Shown here in pieces: positions 35,879 to 45,342 of a DNA stretch of 64,000 bases. Location: IMG/VR virus record IMGVR_UViG_3300030060_004838, positions 1 to 64,000 of that record; one strand, written 5' to 3'. Positions within the stretch are counted from its first letter, which is position 1, and each line of letters starts with the position of its first letter. The DNA is from a virus. Position numbers and translations under genes: made by a program. The notes under the pieces are model-generated. The model had not been told where the DNA came from. It saw nothing but the letters and a program-made list of their open reading frames with translations, and searched no databases.

Positions 35879-36433
35879 CTTCATATGAAGGGGTCGGCAG
35901 GAGAGGGCTACCCCTTATAAGTGGGTCGGGGTCGGATTGGGTGTCAATAATTGACAGAATGTAGCAGATTATTTCAGATAATTTGTTTTATTTATGTAAT
36001 AATAACCAAAACAATATATAAACTATATCTAATAGATTCAATATATTATTATCTCTTTATTCTTCTTTATCTTTATTCAGTTAATAGAAGTAAGTCATTT
36101 TGTATTAGATAATTTTCCCGATGGGATTTCCCATCTTTTCCCATTCCTATGAGAAAACATTTTGTTTTAGATAATTATATTATCTTAATCATTATGTTTA
36201 TTTTAGTATCTTTTCCCCTTTTCCCTTTCCTTCCTTACTTACTTACCTTACTTCTCTCTCTATTTATGTATATATTTGTGTATATATGTGAGAGGGGTAA
36301 AGTGTGGGAAAAGTGGGATTATGGGAAAAGGTATCAAAATGTTTAAGAAAAAGCAATTATCTTATGCAAAATATTATCTCATACATTTTGTAGCATGGGA
36401 TAATGGGAAAAGCCTACATTTTGTATTAGATAA
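35879..36433. other. Candidate replication origin
   Basis: GGGTCGG repeats, AT-rich tract, three CATTTTGT[A/T]TTAGATAA direct repeats (36096, 36158, 36417), opposed TTTCCC/GGGAAA boxes, located at the strand switch. Confidence 0.5.
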
Positions 36434-36446
36434 AGTTTTGAATTAA

Positions 36447-36740
36447 ATGAAAAAGACTGAAGTTCTGGTGGACAGCATGGAAACAAAAAAGAAGATAAAA
36501 GAAACAATGGATGAAATTAGGGATTTCCTAATCCAAAAGAATGAACAATATGGCGATTCTGTGATGAACCCAATTAGGGTTTTTTCAAAAGCAGGAATTG
36601 ATGAAGGGTTAAGAATTAGAATTGATGACAAACTCAATAGATTAATGCAAGGTAATGATAGCATGGAATCTGATGAGGATGTTGTTAAAGATTTGATAGG
36701 TTATTTGACCCTACTATTAATTCAAATTAGGGAGGAATAA
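36447..36740 (+). CDS. DUF1599/Nmad1-like all-alpha NTP-pyrophosphatase-fold protein
   Basis: KNEQYGDS..IRIDDKLNRL..DVVKDLIGY. Confidence 0.7.
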   Translation: MKKTEVLVDSMETKKKIKETMDEIRDFLIQKNEQYGDSVMNPIRVFSKAGIDEGLRIRIDDKLNRLMQGNDSMESDEDVVKDLIGYLTLLLIQIREE

Positions 36741-36751
36741 ACCTGGGAAAA

Positions 36752-36958
36752 ATGAAAATGATTCACTACATGTTAGAAAATGAATTTAGCGAAGATAGAA
36801 TTGCTTGGTTTATATTCTTAAATGGTCGTGCTGGCAATTGGCATAAGTGTAAAAAAATTGCAAGAGAAATGAGGAATGATTATGAAAATACAAGAAAAGA
36901 AAATGAAAATGCAAAACAAACTGAACAAGCAAAAGAAAGAATTGAAGAAGATTCTTGA
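36752..36958 (+). CDS. Hypothetical protein
   Basis: 68-aa plus-strand ORF. Confidence 0.5.
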   Translation: MKMIHYMLENEFSEDRIAWFIFLNGRAGNWHKCKKIAREMRNDYENTRKENENAKQTEQAKERIEEDS

Positions 36959-37277
36959 TGAGATTGAAACTAAGAAACAAAAAGATATTGCTATATTTGG
37001 CAAACCTTTGAGTAATAAAAGAGGTACAGATAAGGCTGAATCTAAGAAACGAGCAATCAAACTAACACAAAAAAGTTTAGATAAAATTGAAGATGATTTG
37101 AATAGAAAGTTCAAACTATCCGCAAGAGATTCTAAGGTTCTCGATTCAATTAGAAACGGAACTAATATTGGGAATACAACTGCCGATGATAAAGGTTCAA
37201 AATGGGATAACCGTTGGAATGGTTCATCAGCATCAAGAAGAAATGCAAAAATATATCATAGGAGAGGTACAAGATGA
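36876..37277 (+). CDS. Basic hypothetical protein
   Basis: 133-aa ORF. Confidence 0.55.
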   Translation: MIMKIQEKKMKMQNKLNKQKKELKKILDEIETKKQKDIAIFGKPLSNKRGTDKAESKKRAIKLTQKSLDKIEDDLNRKFKLSARDSKVLDSIRNGTNIGNTTADDKGSKWDNRWNGSSASRRNAKIYHRRGTR

Positions 37278-37489
37278 TAGAACCTAAATTAACAAACTGC
37301 GCTTTTTGTCAATGTAAATTATCTATTGGAGAAAAGTTTCTTTGTACTGATTGTTTGACTGATGGTAGAAATCTTTTGAGAAAGGTTGAACAATTAAAAG
37401 AGTGGAGGAAAACTCTCGATGAAAAACTTGAAGTAGTCGAAAAATTAGTAGATGATATAGAAAATATCGTTGCAGATATGCAGGAGTGA
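37274..37489 (+). CDS. Zinc-finger/coiled-coil protein
   Basis: CAFC..CTDC. Confidence 0.6.
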   Translation: MIEPKLTNCAFCQCKLSIGEKFLCTDCLTDGRNLLRKVEQLKEWRKTLDEKLEVVEKLVDDIENIVADMQE

Positions 37490-37494
37490 AGTAA

Positions 37495-37728
37495 ATGAAA
37501 TATAAAAGAATCAAAGCAAAAATAATTAAGTTTTTGAAAGAAAATGGTGAGAAGTCTACTATGGAAATATACGCCCACATTAATCGTATAGATAAGAATG
37601 GGATTACAACAGCAGCCCTTAGTAATGTGCTTGCAAAAACACCTGAATTTATCAAGGTTGATACAATGAGAGTTTCAGGCATGACACAAAGCACATACAA
37701 TTTGATGATGTGGAGAGTTGAAAAATAA
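37495..37728 (+). CDS. Winged-helix DNA-binding protein
   Basis: IIKFLKENGEKSTMEIYAHIN..ALSNVLAK..F..W wHTH pattern. Confidence 0.65.
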   Translation: MKYKRIKAKIIKFLKENGEKSTMEIYAHINRIDKNGITTAALSNVLAKTPEFIKVDTMRVSGMTQSTYNLMMWRVEK

Positions 37729-37835
37729 TGCGATTCTAATACTGTACAAAATGTGCAGTATAACATAATGATAATTTATCATTATAGCAGACATAATTTA
37801 CAAGAATCTTTATAGACTCAGTATTTTATGTAAAT

Positions 37836-38201
37836 ATGGTGAGGAACTGCCTTAAGTCCAACACAAAAAATGGAAGTGAAGAAATGAGCAAGAATGTAAA
37901 TGAATTGGAAACAATGTTGAAGGAACAAGTAGAAGCAGGTCTTATTACGGATTTTGAACTCCGTAGAATTATGAGTCGTGCAACAGGCGGAGTTTATCTT
38001 GATGAGAACCAAAATGCACAATTTGAATTGGCAAAAGAATTCATCAATGAAACACTAACTACTCTATCTAACTTGAATGTTGTAAGTGAAAAGAGAATGG
38101 ATAGCACACGAAGAAAAATGGAAAAGGCAATTGTAAAGCATATTACAAGTGGCGGAAATCTAACAGATTCAGGTGCGCCAATTTGGAACGATGAAGTTTG
38201 A
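37836..38201 (+). CDS. Hypothetical protein
   Basis: Likely start at MSKNVNE. Confidence 0.55.
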   Translation: MVRNCLKSNTKNGSEEMSKNVNELETMLKEQVEAGLITDFELRRIMSRATGGVYLDENQNAQFELAKEFINETLTTLSNLNVVSEKRMDSTRRKMEKAIVKHITSGGNLTDSGAPIWNDEV

Positions 38202-38223
38202 ATAAAAAAGGAAGTGAAGAAAA

Positions 38224-38430
38224 ATGGTAAAGATAACAATTTTGAATGAAACAGGACACACAGAACTAACTCTAAGTGCTAATGAAGCATTAGACCAAAT
38301 TATTGACCACCCTACCCATTGGGCATATATTGATGGTGAATTGGTTACAAGAGAAGAAATTGCTAACATTGATTTTAATGCGGTTGATGAAGTCGTATTA
38401 ACACAAGCAATTGTTGGCGGTTCTGTTTAA
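38224..38430 (+). CDS. Ubiquitin-like (beta-grasp, ThiS/MoaD/SAMP-like) protein precursor
   Basis: 68 aa; WAYIDGELV..DEVVLTQAIVGG-SV, i.e. di-Gly plus a 2-residue extension. Confidence 0.75.
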   Translation: MVKITILNETGHTELTLSANEALDQIIDHPTHWAYIDGELVTREEIANIDFNAVDEVVLTQAIVGGSV

Positions 38431-38591
38431 GTTTCTAAATAAAATAGAAATCACCCGTAAGGGTTTAGGTGGCACACTATTTATGCGTAAATAGTATTAC
38501 TAAAGTTAGTGGAACTTACCAAAATCCACACAACACATAGCAGTTTCCCGTCTGCTTTATCAAAACGGGATTTTTTTATTGAGGATTTACT

Positions 38592-38999
38592 ATGAGTAAT
38601 TTTTGGAGAAAGAGTGAAGGTGCCGATGACTTTATCGAAATAGCGAGGATAGCATTGGGTAAAAATATAAAAGAAGATTATACTGAATGGTGTCATTATG
38701 CAAACCCAATGCATTTTTGTAAATACCCTGTATTTCATAAAGGGTTTGAAACATTATTAGCGGAGTGGAGAAATGAAGTTAATAGCCCAAAGATACAAAA
38801 ATCAAGTTATTTAAGTGCAAATTTAAATTTAAAAGTTGCTGATGAATTTGAAGAATGGAGAAATTTATATCTAATTCGCAAGGTAGATGATTACCTTAGT
38901 AGACACTTAAGATGGTCTAACAGTCAAAACCCAAAACAACAATTTGGTAGAGCAAAAGATATATTTATTTATTTCCAGAAAGAGGCGAATTATCAATGA
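38592..38999 (+). CDS. Hypothetical protein
   Basis: 135-aa ORF, GAGG RBS. Confidence 0.6.
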   Translation: MSNFWRKSEGADDFIEIARIALGKNIKEDYTEWCHYANPMHFCKYPVFHKGFETLLAEWRNEVNSPKIQKSSYLSANLNLKVADEFEEWRNLYLIRKVDDYLSRHLRWSNSQNPKQQFGRAKDIFIYFQKEANYQ

Positions 39000-39304
39000 T
39001 AAATGACATATTGAAAACTCTTCGTGCGATGCCAAAACTGTTCAAAGAGTTTAGAAAAGAAACAAAATACATTAATAGGTTATCAAAAATGGAAAAGAAG
39101 GAAGGAATGGTAGGAACTTTTCTTCATGTATTTGAAACAGAATTAATGGACATACTACCAACAGAAGTATTAGTATTAATACTAACAGAATTCGTAAAAG
39201 AGTATGAAAGCAAAAAAGAAGAACATCAGCATGATATGGATGTTGTAAATATACCTGCTTTTAATGCTTATTGTGATAAATATGGGGTAAAAACTGCCCT
39301 ATGA
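38996..39304 (+). CDS. Hypothetical protein
   Basis: 102-aa ORF. Confidence 0.6.
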   Translation: MINDILKTLRAMPKLFKEFRKETKYINRLSKMEKKEGMVGTFLHVFETELMDILPTEVLVLILTEFVKEYESKKEEHQHDMDVVNIPAFNAYCDKYGVKTAL

Positions 39305-39314
39305 AATACAAAAT

Positions 39315-39402
39315 GCTAAGGTGGCTGAGTTTGGTTAAAAGCGCAGGGCTTAAATTCCTGTCCAAAAATGGTTCGTAGGTTCAAATCCTACCCTTAGCAC
39401 CA
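39315..39402 (+). tRNA. tRNA-Leu(UAA)
   Basis: Acceptor GCTAAGG/CCTTAGC + A + encoded CCA; anticodon arm CAGGG-CTTAAAT-TCCTG; long variable arm; T-loop GTTCAAATC. Confidence 0.93.
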
Positions 39403-39411
39403 ATTCAAAAA

Positions 39412-39651
39412 GTGATGATTATGTATAGAAACAGAAAAGAAATTAAGAAAATGACAAAAGCAATAGAATCTTTAGGTGTTGAAATTGTTGATTTTGAAAT
39501 TAGCAAACATTTTAAGATTCGGGTTAAAAATCCGACAACAGGAACTGTAAAATTAATTACAGTTTCAAGTAGTCCAAAATGTAAGGGGGTTTATCATGAG
39601 ATTAAATCCTCAGTAAGAAAAGTTTTTAGAAAAGAAGGTGAAATAATATGA
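39412..39651 (+). CDS. HicA-like (dsRBD-fold) protein
   Basis: SLGVEIV..SKHFKIRV..ITVSSSP pattern. Confidence 0.45.
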   Translation: MMIMYRNRKEIKKMTKAIESLGVEIVDFEISKHFKIRVKNPTTGTVKLITVSSSPKCKGVYHEIKSSVRKVFRKEGEII

Positions 39652-39929
39652 GTTATAAATGTATAAGTTGTGAAAAAGAGATAGAGGTAGTAGAAACAGG
39701 CTCAGAGGAAAAGATATTAAATCCTAAAAAAGCAGTAATGCTTCTTTCTTATGCAGCGTATGGTAGTAAATTTGACTATGGTAAAACATCGTATAATTAC
39801 AGTAGTAAAGTTAGTATGTTTTTTATGTGCGATGATTGCTTTGAAAAGAATATTTCAATGGCTGTTAAATTAACAACATTGTCTAATGGTAAAATAGAAC
39901 CAGCAGTACTACCTAATTCTAATGAATAA
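39648..39929 (+). CDS. Zinc-binding hypothetical protein
   Basis: CISC..YGSKFD..CDDC. Confidence 0.6.
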   Translation: MSYKCISCEKEIEVVETGSEEKILNPKKAVMLLSYAAYGSKFDYGKTSYNYSSKVSMFFMCDDCFEKNISMAVKLTTLSNGKIEPAVLPNSNE

Positions 39930-39985
39930 TTTGAAAATAACTAATTATGGACCTAATAAAACCGTAATTTTTTACAAAAAACCCT

Positions 39986-40468
39986 ATGATTAAAATTGTA
40001 GGTAATATATATGGTGATAAAATGAGAATAACAGAATTTTACAAAGAGTATGACATAGATGAAGAAGCCTACGATTTCGTACCAACCAAGATGTTTGAAT
40101 TAGATTTAAAACAATCAGGATGGAAGATTAAAGAGGGTAAATCTTTATCAAAATTGCATGATAAATTTAATGACTTAAATATTATCTGTGCTAACCCTAA
40201 CTTTTATAACGATGGAACAATAATTGCAGAAAGCCGAAAAAGCATAATTCAAGCGAGTGGACACCCTATTATCAAATATAATAACAAAGAATATTGGGAA
40301 ATAGGCCATTTAGTAAAAATTTACGGTGATGAAGCAATAAAAGAAATGGATAAATGGGAGTGGCTTCAAGTAATGGATTGGATAATAGTAGAAAAGAAAA
40401 CAAATAAACTTCTACTACAATTTGATTCATGGGAAGATTTACCAACAAGAAAGGAAGTGGAACAATGA
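39986..40468 (+). CDS. Hypothetical protein
   Basis: 160-aa ORF, likely start MRITEFY. Confidence 0.55.
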   Translation: MIKIVGNIYGDKMRITEFYKEYDIDEEAYDFVPTKMFELDLKQSGWKIKEGKSLSKLHDKFNDLNIICANPNFYNDGTIIAESRKSIIQASGHPIIKYNNKEYWEIGHLVKIYGDEAIKEMDKWEWLQVMDWIIVEKKTNKLLLQFDSWEDLPTRKEVEQ

Positions 40469-42324
40469 CAAGAGCAAATAAAATATTAAGTGATGTAACT
40501 GTGCATATGAAATACGCAAAATATGTACCTGAGAAAGAAAGAAGAGAAACATGGAGTGATATATGTTTTAGAAATATGCAAATGCATACTAAACAATACC
40601 CACAATTAAAAGAACAAATAGAACAGATATATTCTGAGTTTGTAGTAACAAAGAAAGTATTACCTTCTATGCGTTCTTTACAGTTTGGAGGAAAGCCGAT
40701 TGAAGTAGCACCCAATAGAATTTATAATTGTGCATATATGCCCGTAGATAATATTGCTGCTTTTTGGGAATCAATGTTTTTACTTCTTGGCGGAACAGGC
40801 GTAGGATATTCAGTACAGTTTAATCATATAGATAAACTACCAGAAATAAAACAACCTAATTCTAAAAGAACAAGAAGATATTTAATTGGTGATTCGATTG
40901 AAGGTTGGGCTGATGCAGTTAAGGTATTAATTAAATCTTATTTTGGTAGACTTTCAAGCACACCAATATTTGATTATTCTGATATTCGTGCAAAAGGTGA
41001 AAGATTAATTACTTCTGGAGGAAAAGCACCCGGCCCTCAACCGTTAAAAGAATGTTTAGTTAAAGTTGAAGGAATTCTAAAAGATGTTCAAACAGGGGAT
41101 AGATTATCTCCTATTCAAGCACATGATATTATGTGTCATATTGCTGATGCAGTTTTAGCAGGTGGTATTAGACGAGCCGCTTTGATTTCTTTATTTAGTG
41201 CAGATGATATGGATATGATAACTGCAAAAACGGGTAATTGGTGGGAACTAAATCCACAAAGAGGAAGGGCTAATAATTCAGCCGTTCTTATTAGAAGTAG
41301 AATTGATAAAGACTATTTTATGAATTTATGGAAAAGAATTGAAGAATCAGGTTCTGGAGAGCCAGGAATTTATTTTTCAAACGATAAAGATTGGGGAACA
41401 AACCCGTGTTGTGAAATTGCATTAAGACCAAATCAATTTTGTAATCTAACAGAAATAAATGTAAGTGATGTTGAAAGTCAAGAGGATTTAAATTCAAGAG
41501 TTACTGCGGCTACCATATTAGGAACTTTACAAGCAGGTTATACCGATTTCCATTATCTAAGAGAAACATGGAAAACTACAACAGAAAAGGATGCATTACT
41601 TGGTGTTAGTATGACAGGTATTGCTTCTAATAAACTAAAAGGATTAGATTTAAAATTAGCGGCAAGATTATCAAAGAAAGTTAATGAAACAATTGCTAAA
41701 GAAATAGGAATAAAACCTGCGGCAAGAATTACTTGTGTAAAACCTGCGGGAACTACATCTTGTGTTTTAGGAACTTCAAGTGGTATTCATGCATGGCATG
41801 ACGATTATTATATTAGAAGGATAAGAGTTGGAAAGAATGAAGCAATTTATAATTATTTAGTTGAAAACCACCCATCTATTATTGAAGACGAACAGTTTAG
41901 ACCACACGATACTGCTGTAATTTCTTTACCACAAAAAGCACCCGAAGGTTCTACAACAAGAAGTGAAGATGCAATTCAATTACTTGAGAGAGTAAAAAAT
42001 ATTGCTACTAATTGGGTAAATGAAGGACATACATTAGGTATGAATACTCATAATGTTTCAGCAACCATTTCAATTAGAAAATGGGAATGGGAAGAAGTTG
42101 GAAATTGGATGTGGAATAACAGGAAATTTTACAACGGTTTGTCTGTATTGCCCTATGATGGCGGAACATATGTTCAAGCCCCATTTGAGTCAATTACAAG
42201 GCTAAAATACGACCAAATGATAGCGGGTTTAGATGAGATAGACTTGACTAAAATTATTGAAACAGAAGATAATACAGATTTACAGGGCGAGGTTGCTTGT
42301 GCAGGTGGCCTTTGTGAAATCTAA
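40465..42324 (+). CDS. nrdJ: Class II (adenosylcobalamin-dependent) ribonucleotide reductase
   Basis: YNCA, NPCCEI, FCNLTE, TCVKPAGTTS, C-terminal ACAGGLCEI; no beta subunit nearby. Confidence 0.92.
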   Translation: MTRANKILSDVTVHMKYAKYVPEKERRETWSDICFRNMQMHTKQYPQLKEQIEQIYSEFVVTKKVLPSMRSLQFGGKPIEVAPNRIYNCAYMPVDNIAAFWESMFLLLGGTGVGYSVQFNHIDKLPEIKQPNSKRTRRYLIGDSIEGWADAVKVLIKSYFGRLSSTPIFDYSDIRAKGERLITSGGKAPGPQPLKECLVKVEGILKDVQTGDRLSPIQAHDIMCHIADAVLAGGIRRAALISLFSADDMDMITAKTGNWWELNPQRGRANNSAVLIRSRIDKDYFMNLWKRIEESGSGEPGIYFSNDKDWGTNPCCEIALRPNQFCNLTEINVSDVESQEDLNSRVTAATILGTLQAGYTDFHYLRETWKTTTEKDALLGVSMTGIASNKLKGLDLKLAARLSKKVNETIAKEIGIKPAARITCVKPAGTTSCVLGTSSGIHAWHDDYYIRRIRVGKNEAIYNYLVENHPSIIEDEQFRPHDTAVISLPQKAPEGSTTRSEDAIQLLERVKNIATNWVNEGHTLGMNTHNVSATISIRKWEWEEVGNWMWNNRKFYNGLSVLPYDGGTYVQAPFESITRLKYDQMIAGLDEIDLTKIIETEDNTDLQGEVACAGGLCEI

Positions 42325-42427
42325 TACAATATGTAATAGATAAAAAATGTAGTTTTACTATTTTCTACACGATAGGATGGATATTCCACCCTTTTCAAAA
42401 AAATAGAATTAAAAAGGAAATGATAGA

Positions 42428-42643
42428 ATGAGCGAAAGCAAGGATTATGAAAATGAAGAAAGATATGAAGTGTTTAGGATAACTTCTTTGAAGTCAAACG
42501 GTAGCGTTTGGACAAAACAATACGATAGCAATATTGATTGGAATAAGGTAATACCAATGTTATTATCTAAGTTTCCACATATTTTGCTAAGTAAGCAAGT
42601 AATGAAGACAGACCCACTAACACACTTAATGAATTTGGAGTGA
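42428..42643 (+). CDS. Hypothetical protein
   Basis: 71-aa ORF. Confidence 0.5.
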   Translation: MSESKDYENEERYEVFRITSLKSNGSVWTKQYDSNIDWNKVIPMLLSKFPHILLSKQVMKTDPLTHLMNLE

Positions 42644-42648
42644 TATAA

Positions 42649-42882
42649 ATGAAAAAAGCAGTAGAATTTAGATTGATAGAAAGCGAAGAAATGCCACCTG
42701 TGGTAATTAAGAAAGATGAAGATACTAACGGATGTATTATTGTATTAAATAGAGCACATACTATTTGGCTTAGTTTAAATCGTAGTACAATTCCAGGAAT
42801 TACACAAAGTTTAGCCGAAAAACTAAATCAAATGTGTGATGGTTATTTAGAACAACAATTATTCAATATGGGAATGGAGTGA
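42649..42882 (+). CDS. Hypothetical protein
   Basis: 77-aa ORF with GGAGTGA RBS. Confidence 0.6.
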   Translation: MKKAVEFRLIESEEMPPVVIKKDEDTNGCIIVLNRAHTIWLSLNRSTIPGITQSLAEKLNQMCDGYLEQQLFNMGME

Positions 42883-42887
42883 TTTGA

Positions 42888-44087
42888 ATGGAAGATTTTA
42901 TTGGACACCATATAGAAGGCGAACATAGACATGAAATTAATATTAATCAAAGCGGGGCTTTCAATAAATCACTAATTAATAATTTAGTAGATATAAGTGT
43001 ATCTAATGATTGGGAAGAAGCAAAACATGAATGGAGAGCAACAGGTAATGTTTGGTATAGACCTATGAGATATTTAGATACTACAATACAAGAATTACCT
43101 GAACCTCATTGTGATAATCACCCTAATTATTGTGTTTGTGGACACCCGATTGCTTGGCATTTTGAAGTAGAAAATACTGAAAATGGTACATTAGAAATTC
43201 TTGGTAGTGAACACATTACAAATTGGATGATTATTAGACACTTAAAAGAAAACAAAGGTATTCCTGAAGATGCAATTACTGAAGAAAAAATTATTGAATG
43301 GATGAAAGAAGCAGTTAAAACTATGAAAGCCGAATGGTGGTGGAAAGAACATGGTGATGATTGGGAAGAAATGTTTAATGAAGTTAAAGAATTAGATTTA
43401 AGAATCAATGTTCGTTCTAATGGACAATATTGGGATTCTTCTACAAAAAGACATGAAGATAAAATGGTTATTGCAAAAACCAAAACTAATTCATTAGGTA
43501 AAATGGCTTCTGTTGTATGGAGATGGAATCACCCTGATAATCCAAGACGACAAATTGATACAAGAGGTTATCCTAATGAAAAACTTTGGAGAGATGTGCA
43601 ATTGTTATTTGCTAAGGCTCAAAGATTTGAAAAGCAATTAGATATACAAATGGAAGAAGTAGAACAAAGAAAATCATATATCCGTGAACAACAAGCAAAG
43701 CAAGATGAATTGGCTGAACAAAGAAGAATGATGATTAAAGAAGAAGCCATGAAAATTAGAGCAGAAGCAATATATGAAAGAGATGATAAAACATTAGCGG
43801 AGGCTTGTGAGTATTATGATTTACCACCTTTCACAGTAGAGAAAGGTAATAATGAATGGGAAAGAAATTTCTTGAAAGATATGAAAGGTAAAATTATTGC
43901 AAGAAAACAACTTTCACCAAGACAATTAAACAGAATATTACAAATTATTATGCCCGAAGTGGCTGAAGAAGAACCTGCAACATCAAAACAAATTAATTAT
44001 ATTAAAAAGTTAGGTGGAGAGGTTTTAGAAAACATGACAAAAACCCAAGCAAGTGATTTGATTGGTGAATTATTAAGGAGAAATTAA
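42888..44087 (+). CDS. Hypothetical protein with a Zn-binding motif and a C-terminal PAT.KQ..YI..LG domain
   Basis: CVCGHPI..N..NG..GSEHI; PATSKQINYIKKLG..TKTQASDLI. Confidence 0.7.
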   Translation: MEDFIGHHIEGEHRHEININQSGAFNKSLINNLVDISVSNDWEEAKHEWRATGNVWYRPMRYLDTTIQELPEPHCDNHPNYCVCGHPIAWHFEVENTENGTLEILGSEHITNWMIIRHLKENKGIPEDAITEEKIIEWMKEAVKTMKAEWWWKEHGDDWEEMFNEVKELDLRINVRSNGQYWDSSTKRHEDKMVIAKTKTNSLGKMASVVWRWNHPDNPRRQIDTRGYPNEKLWRDVQLLFAKAQRFEKQLDIQMEEVEQRKSYIREQQAKQDELAEQRRMMIKEEAMKIRAEAIYERDDKTLAEACEYYDLPPFTVEKGNNEWERNFLKDMKGKIIARKQLSPRQLNRILQIIMPEVAEEEPATSKQINYIKKLGGEVLENMTKTQASDLIGELLRRN

Positions 44088-44088
44088 A

Positions 44089-45342
44089 ATGGGAACAGTA
44101 ACATTTAGAGTAAGACATGCAAGCGATGACAGAAACTCAGTATTAGAAACAACACTATCTTGTAATAAATTTACAAGAGATAGAAATGTAGATATTTGGG
44201 CACAAAGACAAAGACAGAATATTTCTAAAGAACCGACAATTGAAAGTATTCACAATACACTTAAGGGAACATTGAATATAACAGGATTAGTTAGAAGCGA
44301 TGAAAAGAAGTCCTTGTTTATGAGAGTAGGTAATTGTAAATATCTAATTAATATGCGTAAAGTAGGAAATAGATATATGGCTAATGGAGATTTTGCTAAC
44401 TTAGATACTATTATGAAAGCAATTAGTAGAACTATTATGCGTTCTGCTTATATTAATGGAGAAGGTCAAGAAGCACAAGAAGCATTAGATGATTATTTTC
44501 TAAGATGTGTTGAAGTGCCTGAAAATGTTTCTTATGCTATGGAAAATAGAGTGCCATATAAATTCTTTGAGAGAGATGGTAGTGAAATCCATGAAAGAAG
44601 CACAAGACTTTCTTTAATGAGAATTGCTCAAAACAATTATGCTCTTGAAATTAGTAGTGGTGTTTGGGGAGAAATAAATGCTAAGAATCTAAATACATTT
44701 ATTAATTCTTATTTGTATAATAAGCGTTCAGGAAAATGGTATATGGTTTCTCCTGCTGAACTTTGGTTTAGAACTGTTGGTACAAAAGGAACTCCTGCAC
44801 AGATTAAAATTATGAAAGAGTTTTTGAAACAAAATAGAAGAAGTGATTTGGCTGAACAAAGGGCTATGCAATTGTTTAATGATATGGTCAATAAATATGA
44901 TACTGTCACAAAAGGAACATTTGAAAGAAATGGAGAAAAGGTTTTGGCTATGTTTGTTAGAGGTAAATATGCTGATTGGATGATTGTTGATAATAAATCA
45001 AAGCGTGGAATCCAAGATGTAAGCACATATGTTTTGACAACAAAAACATTAGGAGAAGGACAAGCAGTTACTGTTTTAGATAATGTAATAAATAATACTG
45101 ACAAAGAACCTTATTGGGCTGGACCGATTTGTATTGATAATTTATCAAGTGGTGCTTCTGTTGGTGACCAATTTGCAGCAAGAGCATTTGCTTGTATGAA
45201 TGATACTATGCTTCTTAAATTAGTTTCTACTGTTAGTAGATATATTAAAGGGCATGATGCAGAACAAAATGATATAAGGTTGGATTGGGATGCCATGTGT
45301 AAATTGTCAAGCAAAGCACCTGAACTTAAACAAAGAGATTAA
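44089..45342 (+). CDS. Hypothetical protein with a C-terminal Cys motif (GPICIDNL), possible E2-like partner
   Basis: 417 aa, in the same run as TFB and ThiF; FVRG..W.I...GPICID..GDQFAARAFACMND. Confidence 0.5.
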   Translation: MGTVTFRVRHASDDRNSVLETTLSCNKFTRDRNVDIWAQRQRQNISKEPTIESIHNTLKGTLNITGLVRSDEKKSLFMRVGNCKYLINMRKVGNRYMANGDFANLDTIMKAISRTIMRSAYINGEGQEAQEALDDYFLRCVEVPENVSYAMENRVPYKFFERDGSEIHERSTRLSLMRIAQNNYALEISSGVWGEINAKNLNTFINSYLYNKRSGKWYMVSPAELWFRTVGTKGTPAQIKIMKEFLKQNRRSDLAEQRAMQLFNDMVNKYDTVTKGTFERNGEKVLAMFVRGKYADWMIVDNKSKRGIQDVSTYVLTTKTLGEGQAVTVLDNVINNTDKEPYWAGPICIDNLSSGASVGDQFAARAFACMNDTMLLKLVSTVSRYIKGHDAEQNDIRLDWDAMCKLSSKAPELKQRD

